DNA of 31,193 nt, from positions 1-31,193 of the IMG/VR virus record IMGVR_UViG_3300017565_000182; one strand, 5' to 3'. The notes under the pieces are model-generated. The model saw only the letters and a program-made list of their open reading frames with translations. It was not told the origin of the DNA and did no database searches. Position 1 is the stretch's first letter; every line of letters begins with the position of its first letter. Positions 24,743-31,193 of this stretch are shown one piece after another. Made by a program: the position numbers and the translations under genes. The DNA is from a virus. Its lineage: Duplodnaviria; Caudoviricetes.

Positions 24743-25955
24743 CACTCCATTCATCTTCTTGGCCAAATAAATCATCTTCACTCGTTGGATCCTTAAAAAT
24801 ATCATCAGGTAACGGCGTGATGTCTGTGGGTTTCCCGTCTTTAGGTGGTTTTGTGGTGTTAGCTGTCATTAAAGGAGACAATAATTCATCCGCAATATCT
24901 TCATCTAAATAAGGTGCTTGTAGCTCTTGTAATCCTTTGCTACCTCGCAAGATAAAACGTCCAACAGTTTCAAGTGTATCTGCACCTGTTGTTTCGATGA
25001 TCCCCGCTTCTTTCGCAGAACCTACGTGAAAGCCCATCTTGTTTGTAAGTTGTGAACGAACAGTGGTATCTAAACAATCGCTGGTAGGACGTTGTAAGCT
25101 TGCGAATAAGAAAATACCGTTTGAGCGCCCCATAAAGCCGATATCCTTCATGAGTTCATCTGCTGTTTCATCACCACGTATCATAGCTATTTCATCAATT
25201 CCTACTATAATATAAGGCGGTCTGTGTTCTTTCGGTAGCTTATCGATATGATTCACCCCGAATGTTTCCACTAAGTCACCACGGCGTTTCATTTCCTCTC
25301 TGACAAAGGCTAACATCTTAATAATGTGAGGTTTTTGACTGACTACACATTTCACATGCTGCACCTTTTTGAACATGTGAAATTCCGCTTGTTTACAGTC
25401 AGCAAGATAAAAATGCAGTTCATCAGGGCTTTTAGTTAGCATTAATGTAGTGATGATTGAGCGAAGCTGTGTAGATTTCCCCGATCCCGTTTCTCCAGCC
25501 ACCAAGAGGTGTGGATGTTCAGTTAGGCAGAAATGCGTCCAACGCCCAAACTTATCTTGACCGCATATAATAGGGAGTTTGTGTTTCGCTACTACATTTT
25601 TAATTTCCCTGAAGTTGTATTCGATTTCTGTAGGAAGTTGTTTCATGAATAGAGTAAGTTTGAATGTCTTATCATCGCCTTTTAGCTCTATATTCTTCCC
25701 GAATACTTGACGGAAAATAAACTCTTTCTTGCGTAATTCTTCAGGTGAAAAGCCAAGTGGTAAAGTAAAGGTATAGGTGAACGTGTACGTTTTTTCATTT
25801 GGTTTCATTGCCACAATTTTAGGAAAGACGCGAATATCTTTCTTCGCTGAGTTTTTAAAGGTTAAATGAATCCCTCCTGCTGTAAATGCTTGAATAAGCT
25901 TCTTCTTCGCTAATCTGTATGAGTTTTTTTCGTACAACCATTTATATATCTTCAT
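24723..25955 (-). CDS. FtsK/SpoIIIE-family ATPase (coupling-protein-like)
   Basis: PHLLVAGETGSGKS, IDE, GRSNGI...QRP; start ATG 25955 (GGGAGG RBS, ATGA overlap). Confidence 0.92.
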   Translation of the reverse strand: MKIYKWLYEKNSYRLAKKKLIQAFTAGGIHLTFKNSAKKDIRVFPKIVAMKPNEKTYTFTYTFTLPLGFSPEELRKKEFIFRQVFGKNIELKGDDKTFKLTLFMKQLPTEIEYNFREIKNVVAKHKLPIICGQDKFGRWTHFCLTEHPHLLVAGETGSGKSTQLRSIITTLMLTKSPDELHFYLADCKQAEFHMFKKVQHVKCVVSQKPHIIKMLAFVREEMKRRGDLVETFGVNHIDKLPKEHRPPYIIVGIDEIAMIRGDETADELMKDIGFMGRSNGIFLFASLQRPTSDCLDTTVRSQLTNKMGFHVGSAKEAGIIETTGADTLETVGRFILRGSKGLQELQAPYLDEDIADELLSPLMTANTTKPPKDGKPTDITPLPDDIFKDPTSEDDLFGQEDEWSDDDEKA

Positions 25956-26290
25956 CCGAACAACCTCCCTACGAACATAACTAATACGACAAGCATGGTA
26001 GCAGGCAACAGGACTGATATACAATTACCGATTTTTTCTGCTGTCTGCGATTCGTTTTGACTCAGGAACCAATTTACAGCTAACTGTCCAACAATAGCTA
26101 TTCCACCGATAGATGTAATGAGTAAATAAGCCCCTGTCATTTCCGGACTCATGTTTAGAAATCCACTCCATGTAAAGCCAAATGAATAAACAGGTAACGT
26201 CATTTTCTTCTTCTTTTCGGGTGTATATTTTTTCATAAATTGGGCAAACTCGATGACCTCGATCTTCTCTTCTCTTCTCATCCACTTCAT
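25952..26290 (-). CDS. Membrane protein (two TM helices)
   Basis: GGGAGG RBS; two hydrophobic segments; coupled to the FtsK gene. Confidence 0.8.
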   Translation of the reverse strand: MKWMRREEKIEVIEFAQFMKKYTPEKKKKMTLPVYSFGFTWSGFLNMSPEMTGAYLLITSIGGIAIVGQLAVNWFLSQNESQTAEKIGNCISVLLPATMLVVLVMFVGRLFG

Positions 26291-26310
26291 TTCCGCTTCC
26301 TCCCTCTCCT

Positions 26311-26404
26311 AACAGAACCTTAGTTGCGATGTCTGTTCAATTGTCCACGCTTGGAAACTTTAGTTGCTGGTACTTTAGTTTGAACCTTAGTCACGGCTAA
26401 AGTT
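26311..26404. repeat. Repeat cluster AAC(C/T)TTAGT, four direct and one inverted; candidate oriT or RHH binding site
   Basis: Copies at 26316, 26356, 26371 and 26383; inverted copy 26395-26404. Confidence 0.65.
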
Positions 26405-26424
26405 GAAAAACACCGTTAAGCCTG

Positions 26425-26586
26425 TCACCTTCTGCCCTCATACGAGCTACGACCTTGCATGTCTTTATCGATTAAACGCTTCACGTATTTTGAGAATGGA
26501 CCTTGCTTTGTGGCATGTTCCAATAATGCGATTTCGTGTGGATCTAAGTTGCTGAATGACACGTCTTTCTTTTTTCGCTTCTCCAT
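26425..26586 (-). CDS. Ribbon-helix-helix-like protein, 53 aa (not in ORF track)
   Basis: AAAGGAGG RBS; KKKDVSFSNLDPHEIALLEHA...FSKYVKRLIDKDM. Confidence 0.72.
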   Translation of the reverse strand: MEKRKKKDVSFSNLDPHEIALLEHATKQGPFSKYVKRLIDKDMQGRSSYEGRR

Positions 26587-26634
26587 GTTGAGTCCTCCTT
26601 TTGACCGGCGACTGTCTCACCTGCTTTATACTTC

Positions 26635-26664
26635 ATGGTATGACGGTTGGGTTGTACATGATAC
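26635..26664 (-). promoter_or_regulatory. Sigma-E-like sporulation promoter B
   Basis: GTATC-N17-CATACCAT; spacer shares TGTACAA(A)CCC with promoter A. Confidence 0.55.
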
Positions 26665-26705
26665 CAAAAAATTAAAGTATTTCTACTATAAAATCAAGAT
26701 AACCC

Positions 26706-26734
26706 TTTACTTCTGCAAGTTGACTTGCTATAAT
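26706..26734 (+). promoter_or_regulatory. Sigma-A promoter with a palindromic operator in the spacer
   Basis: TTTACT-17-TATAAT with TG extension; GCAAGT-TG-ACTTGC at 26715-26728. Confidence 0.7.
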
Positions 26735-26769
26735 TTAGTTATAATAATAAGATGAAAGGAGGAAAACTA

Positions 26770-27021
26770 ATGGTTACAGGAGTGGTTAAATTGACAAAGA
26801 AAAGTCCAGGTAAGTTAGATTCAAAACTAAAGGTTAGAATCGCTCAGTTAAAGTTGTCCCAAATACAGATAGCCGAAATGATGGGCGAAAGCAAACAAAC
26901 AATAAGTGGATGGTCAACAGGAAGAATCGAACCATCATTAAAGAAGGCAGTTCGCCTTTCAAAAATGCTTGATTGTACTGTTAATGACCTTTGGGAATAT
27001 CACGATGATAAGGAGGAATGA
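26770..27021 (+). CDS. XRE-family HTH regulator
   Basis: AAAGGAGG RBS before ATG 26770; LSQIQIAEMMGESKQTISGW...PSL. Confidence 0.88.
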   Translation: MVTGVVKLTKKSPGKLDSKLKVRIAQLKLSQIQIAEMMGESKQTISGWSTGRIEPSLKKAVRLSKMLDCTVNDLWEYHDDKEE

Positions 27022-27827
27022 AACCGCTAATGAGCATTTTAGAATTGCTGCGATCCGATGGTAGTATCACCATTAATAAAAAGTTGGCTCATGCTATCGG
27101 TATAGACGCTACCATTATGTATTCAGAATTAATCAGTAAACACTTTTATTTCGATGCTAGACAAGAATTAACCGATGATGGTTTCTTCTTTAATACAGTC
27201 GAGAATATGCAAGCTGATACTGCACTTAGTAAATACCAACAATCAAAAGCTATTAAAAAGCTCGTTGAGTTGGATTTAATCAAACACCGCAACAAAGGTT
27301 TACCACAGCGTAGATACTTCAAAATCATGCTAAACAGCGAGTCAAAAGTCTCTCAACTCCTTGCTACAGGCGAAAAGTTAAAAAACTCAACTTTTAAAAG
27401 TAAAAAGACTAAACAAACAGAAGTTGAAAAAGTGGACAGTAATAATACTAAGGTTAATAATACTAATCTAATAAACAAGGAGAAGGGAGCAAATCGAGAA
27501 TTTGCCCTATCCTTCTACTCCTTTAAATCTAAATATTCTGTAGATGAAGAATCAATTGAGGTTATTGAACATTATTTAGAGCGTTACCACTTCTATCAGA
27601 GTAAATCACACCCTAACTTAAAAGCCCACCAGTGGCAAACAGTTATTGATGAGTTATATTACGGTGAATGTAATAAACCTGATGGATATGAGGAATTTAG
27701 TGGTCATGAATTAAAGTACATTATCGATGAACACTTCAAAACGAAATATGATAATTGCGACTACAACATACTTCATTTCATCAGTGGTCAGATTAGAGCT
27801 TTGAGATATTATGAATTGGGTTGTTAA
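27018..27827 (+). CDS. Second replication-initiator-like protein (N-terminal wHTH)
   Basis: INKKLAHAIGIDATIMYSELI...DGFFFNT...TALSKYQQSKAIKKL; A-rich repetitive linker ending NNTKVNNT. Confidence 0.7.
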   Translation: MKPLMSILELLRSDGSITINKKLAHAIGIDATIMYSELISKHFYFDARQELTDDGFFFNTVENMQADTALSKYQQSKAIKKLVELDLIKHRNKGLPQRRYFKIMLNSESKVSQLLATGEKLKNSTFKSKKTKQTEVEKVDSNNTKVNNTNLINKEKGANREFALSFYSFKSKYSVDEESIEVIEHYLERYHFYQSKSHPNLKAHQWQTVIDELYYGECNKPDGYEEFSGHELKYIIDEHFKTKYDNCDYNILHFISGQIRALRYYELGC

Positions 27828-27845
27828 TTAAAAGGAGGAGTAAAA

Positions 27846-28103
27846 ATGGAAACAACACTTAAAATCAATGGTGAAGATGTTGGAATGTACGTAGTAGGTC
27901 ATGGTCGTGGAGATGACATTTTTGTGGGTGTCACAAAAAGCAAACAAAGATATTTAACATACGGTATTGAATTAACAACAGAACAGAAGGATGCATTTAA
28001 TGCCAATTTAGATATGTTCATCAGAGGTGTCGATAAGCAACGTCCATATTTTGAATCAGGTGAATTAATAGGAATTTACCTTCGCACTTTCAATGATGAT
28101 TAA
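27846..28103 (+). CDS. Hypothetical protein
   Basis: AAAGGAGG RBS. Confidence 0.75.
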   Translation: METTLKINGEDVGMYVVGHGRGDDIFVGVTKSKQRYLTYGIELTTEQKDAFNANLDMFIRGVDKQRPYFESGELIGIYLRTFNDD

Positions 28104-28107
28104 ACAC

Positions 28108-28190
28108 AAAAAAGCCACCTACAAGGTAGCTTAGATATGTACAGAGGGAGCTAGTTTGGTCGCTCTCTCCCTCTTTTGAAAAGTATATCA
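28108..28190 (-). promoter_or_regulatory. Antisense promoter plus hairpins
   Basis: TGATATACT 28190-28182; stem AGAGGGAG/CTCCCTCT around TTGGTCG; terminator-like stem 28108-28132. Confidence 0.5.
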
Positions 28191-28224
28191 TAAAATAAAG
28201 GGAATACAAATAGGAGGAATACGG

Positions 28225-28371
28225 ATGTTGCAACACAAATTGAATTCTGACCTAATTAATTATCATAAACACGGATTAAAGTACGCTTTACAGCAAATAT
28301 CGAAGGATTATATATGTAGAAAGTGCAATAAAAAACACCGTTGCACCGAAGATGCTAGAAATTGTTGCTAA
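28225..28371 (+). CDS. Small Cys-rich protein, 48 aa (not in ORF track)
   Basis: AGGAGG RBS; YICRKC...ARNCC. Confidence 0.65.
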   Translation: MLQHKLNSDLINYHKHGLKYALQQISKDYICRKCNKKHRCTEDARNCC

Positions 28372-28382
28372 GGAGGAATAAC

Positions 28383-28556
28383 ATGGGTAAAGCTGGATAT
28401 GTTGAAGTTTGTTTAGATGCAATCATTGAGTACGCTGAGGATGCGAAGAAACGGTTAATCGATAACGAACACTACGATACCCGTATTGAACAGGATATGT
28501 TGAGAATTAAAGATCAGCTAGCAGATGCGATGAACGTGTTAGGGATGGAGGAATAA
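28383..28556 (+). CDS. Hypothetical protein
   Basis: AAGGAGG RBS before ATG 28383. Confidence 0.7.
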   Translation: MGKAGYVEVCLDAIIEYAEDAKKRLIDNEHYDTRIEQDMLRIKDQLADAMNVLGMEE

Positions 28557-28558
28557 CA

Positions 28559-28915
28559 ATGAGAGAACCGAAATATCGCGCTTGGATTAAAGAATATAAA
28601 TGGATGAGAAATGTAGATTCTATTTCATTTACAGGTGAATTAAAACCATATATCTGTGAAGAACATTACTACGCTCCTGAAGAAATTGAGCTTTTAGAAT
28701 ACACTGGATTAAAAGATGTAAATGGCGTTGAAATCTGTGAAGGTGATATCGTTAAATTCCATTACAAAACAGGCGTTTATAAAACAGGTTCAGTTGTTTG
28801 GAATGATCTTATGGGTTCTTGGTGTGTTGATTGCGAAGATTTTATTGCATATAAATCACTCGGTACGTTTGCAGGAGCGTCTGAAATCATTAACAATATT
28901 TACGAGACAAAATAA
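28559..28915 (+). CDS. YopX family protein
   Basis: MREPKYRAW...EYTGLKDVNGVEICEGDIV. Confidence 0.9.
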   Translation: MREPKYRAWIKEYKWMRNVDSISFTGELKPYICEEHYYAPEEIELLEYTGLKDVNGVEICEGDIVKFHYKTGVYKTGSVVWNDLMGSWCVDCEDFIAYKSLGTFAGASEIINNIYETK

Positions 28916-28982
28916 AAAGCACCCTCACGACAAAGGGTGCATAGCAAAGAACGTACACTAGATGTACAAGAGGATTATATCA
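28908..28982 (-). promoter_or_regulatory. Antisense promoter plus terminator hairpin
   Basis: TGATATAAT 28982-28974; stem GCACCCT/AGGGTGC 28919-28940 followed by a U-tract on the minus strand. Confidence 0.5.
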
Positions 28983-29014
28983 TAGTTTGTCTTAATGTAA
29001 AGGGAGTGGATGGA

Positions 29015-29350
29015 ATGAAGAAACTTTTGGTTGAACGTTGTTATGATTTTGTACAAGAAGAGAAGTTCACCAAACTATTTTTAAATAAAACTAATTCAAA
29101 ACGTGTATACGATGAGTTGAATGCAATATTCCCACAAGACAATATAGAGTTTATCGTTTCTAATTATTATCATGTAGTGCGTAGATTTCAAGAGGAAGAT
29201 ATAATCCCTGATACAAATGAGTTAATTGTCCTCAAACCTGATGTATTCACGTTAGAACCTAATAAAGAAAGTGTTAGAGTATATGGTTATGCTTTACCTG
29301 TAATCGGTCTTGTGAAGGATAAGAGCGGTTCTGTATGCTATTTTGAATAA
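29015..29350 (+). CDS. Hypothetical protein
   Basis: AGGGAG RBS before ATG 29015. Confidence 0.7.
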   Translation: MKKLLVERCYDFVQEEKFTKLFLNKTNSKRVYDELNAIFPQDNIEFIVSNYYHVVRRFQEEDIIPDTNELIVLKPDVFTLEPNKESVRVYGYALPVIGLVKDKSGSVCYFE

Positions 29351-29362
29351 GGAGTGGATGAA

Positions 29363-29656
29363 ATGAACTTAGACAAATATGCTGAGTCATATGAGATATT
29401 GAAGAATTATCACCTTGTTACATTGATTGATGGAAGTAAACACATTTTAAATAATGATCCTGCTACTTCTATAAAGGTAAGAGAATATATAAAAGAGCAT
29501 TTCATCAAAGCTGAATTAAGAGATTTAAAAGTAACCGAAGCATTAGCGAAAGCTACTTTAGAAACAGGTATGAATAGAAAAGCTAGACACGCCATTATAG
29601 AAGCAGTCAAAACATTAGAAACGGAATTAATCGAATTAAAATTAAACAGCTTATAG
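29363..29656 (+). CDS. Hypothetical protein
   Basis: AAGGAG RBS before ATG 29363. Confidence 0.7.
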   Translation: MNLDKYAESYEILKNYHLVTLIDGSKHILNNDPATSIKVREYIKEHFIKAELRDLKVTEALAKATLETGMNRKARHAIIEAVKTLETELIELKLNSL

Positions 29657-29677
29657 CACCTTTCGCACCCTAAACCA

Positions 29678-29714
29678 AGCATGTAAGAACCTTTATCTTG
29701 CATGTTTTCTTTTT
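29678..29714 (+). terminator. Intrinsic terminator
   Basis: AGCATGTAAGA/TCTTGCATGTT stem followed by a T-run. Confidence 0.55.
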
Positions 29715-29764
29715 GGGATTATAATAAAATTTGTCATTATAAGAAAATAAAGGGGTTATTAATC

Positions 29765-30553
29765 ATGAAAAAAACAATGGGTATCTCACTCTTAGCATGT
29801 GGATTATTACTTGCAGGGTGTGGGAATGAGTCAGCAAAGGAAACAGCGAGTAAGCCGGAACCGAAACAAGAAGCAGTCAAAAAGGAAGTTAAGCCTGAAG
29901 ATATTAAAATTACGAACAAAGAGGAAATCTACTACACGTATGACGATGATTACACGGGTGAAAAGCAAGCAAGTTATTCCGCTACGATTAAGAATGACAG
30001 CAAAGAAAACATTGATGTATCCGCTATTAATATTACGTATTTCGATAAAGAAGGTCATGTTATCGGTTCAAGTGACGATTCAACAGCATGGGTTTCCCCT
30101 TCTGTCTTAGCACCAGGTAAGATTGCACATGTACAGAATCAAATAGATATGAACCCTGACTATGAGCTAGGTAAGGCTGAAATGACGATTTCTCCTGAAG
30201 TAACGGATGTAAAAGTGGTTGAGTTACCGATGTCAAATGAAGCACTAGACGCAAATGAGGATCAAACGTTTATCTTTATGCGTGGCCAAGTGAAGAACGA
30301 TACAAAAGAAGCAACTAACGATATTACAATTGGTGCTGCTGTTTATGATAAAGACAACAAATTCCTGACAACACTTTACGGGCAAATTGGTGATACGTTG
30401 AACCCTGGTCAGAAGATGTCATTTAAAGCTGAGTCTCCATTTTTAAATTTTAACAAGATGACTCAACCGGATCACTATGAATTCTTCGCGTATAAATATG
30501 TGTATCCTGAAGGAACCGCTGGTGAAGGTGGGGATGGAGAAGTAACAGAATAA
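29765..30553 (+). CDS. Lipoprotein with two FxLYD-like beta-sandwich domains
   Basis: MKK + hydrophobic core + LLAGC lipobox; IKN...YFDKEG..IG...LAPG and VKN...VYDKDN...LNPG. Confidence 0.85.
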   Translation: MKKTMGISLLACGLLLAGCGNESAKETASKPEPKQEAVKKEVKPEDIKITNKEEIYYTYDDDYTGEKQASYSATIKNDSKENIDVSAINITYFDKEGHVIGSSDDSTAWVSPSVLAPGKIAHVQNQIDMNPDYELGKAEMTISPEVTDVKVVELPMSNEALDANEDQTFIFMRGQVKNDTKEATNDITIGAAVYDKDNKFLTTLYGQIGDTLNPGQKMSFKAESPFLNFNKMTQPDHYEFFAYKYVYPEGTAGEGGDGEVTE

Positions 30554-30592
30554 AAAAATAGGCCCCTCTCATTACGAGAAGGGCTTTTTATT
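30552..30592. terminator. Bidirectional terminator
   Basis: A-run, AGGCCC...GGGCTT stem, T-run, between convergent genes. Confidence 0.8.
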
Positions 30593-31193
30593 ATTTATAG
30601 TACCAACCTTTTACATCAAGGAATTGTTTTACTTTCACAAGTTGCAACCCTGCAACCGTGATTTCGGCAGATGGATTACCTTTTGCGTGTACATTAAGCT
30701 CTGAGTCAATCCCCTCACCTTTTAAAAACGAACGGAACTCAGCTTCATTTTCTTTTGTTAAACCGCCTGTTGTTAAGGTAATTGGAATAGGCTCTACGTC
30801 ACCGGCTTTTACGAATCCCCCTGGAACCGCCCACGCCTTCACGCCTTCTGTATAGCCGTACACTGAGAAGATGGTATCAGCACCGATGGTCTTTTGTTTC
30901 TCTGCTAAATTAGAGTATTTGTATACACCTGCAGCTACTTTTGATTTCACTTGGAATGAGTATTTATCGCCTAGTGAAGTGACTTTCGGCAAGTCCTCTT
31001 GTTTAGGTGTAGTTTGGGTTTTTAACAACTCTGCGATTTTAGCCAATGTTTTAGAACCGCTTATTCCATCGTCTAACAGTCCATTCGCACGTTGGAAGGC
31101 TTTTACCGCTTCAACCACCTCATCGCCATATGAACCATCATCACCGTATTTAGGCAACGTATACCCTAACTTGATAAGGTTCTGCTGCAACTC
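30591..31193 (-). CDS. Endolysin, C-terminal part with a peptidoglycan-binding domain (5' end outside the window)
   Basis: LQQNLIKLGY...DGSYGDE...AVKAFQRANGL..DGISGSKT; position at the end of the late region. Confidence 0.85.
   Translation of the reverse strand, partial: ELQQNLIKLGYTLPKYGDDGSYGDEVVEAVKAFQRANGLLDDGISGSKTLAKIAELLKTQTTPKQEDLPKVTSLGDKYSFQVKSKVAAGVYKYSNLAEKQKTIGADTIFSVYGYTEGVKAWAVPGGFVKAGDVEPIPITLTTGGLTKENEAEFRSFLKGEGIDSELNVHAKGNPSAEITVAGLQLVKVKQFLDVKGWYYK

Larger units (their letters stand above)
1..31193. mobile_element. Temperate Bacillaceae phage, skin-like (SpoIVCA-type integrase), apparently excised or virion form
   Basis: Contiguous lysis, integration, immunity, replication and late-activator modules; no host genes; symmetric attP-like site beside the recombinase stop with phage genes on both sides. 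Confidence 0.93.

Noticed and set aside
26311-26404. CRISPR-like mini-array
   Set aside because: Repeats are only about 10 bp with irregular 2-30 nt gaps, and no cas genes are present.
26459-26755. Plus-strand 98-aa ORF
   Set aside because: Overlaps the RHH gene and two promoters; no RBS.

Overview
AT-rich Bacillaceae temperate phage DNA with no host genes, tRNA, rRNA or CRISPR array seen. Read right to left on the minus strand: endolysin 3' end; a plus-strand accessory block (HTH, second Rep-like protein, YopX, lipoprotein); an RHH / membrane protein / FtsK-SpoIIIE / replication-relaxation operon; an unannotated 40-aa ORF and a large serine recombinase that closely resembles B. subtilis SpoIVCA (skin element); an apparently intact attP at about 22334-22361; two paralogous mini-genes with SOS boxes; a cI/cro-type switch with 17-bp operators; a long early/replication operon (Sak-like annealase, divergent ThyX-like protein, HNH nucleases, antirepressor, DnaD-type initiator, DnaC-like loader, SSB, dUTPase, RuvC-like resolvase); and a late activator followed by a structured leader RNA. 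Best candidate for an undescribed system: a skin-like phage, apparently in excised or virion form, whose excision unit and minimal DNA-transfer unit (FtsK + relaxase + repeat-rich oriT-like site) each sit behind a similar mother-cell sigma-E-like promoter. All family calls are by-eye motif recognition, and comparisons with B. subtilis sequences are from memory; no searches were run.
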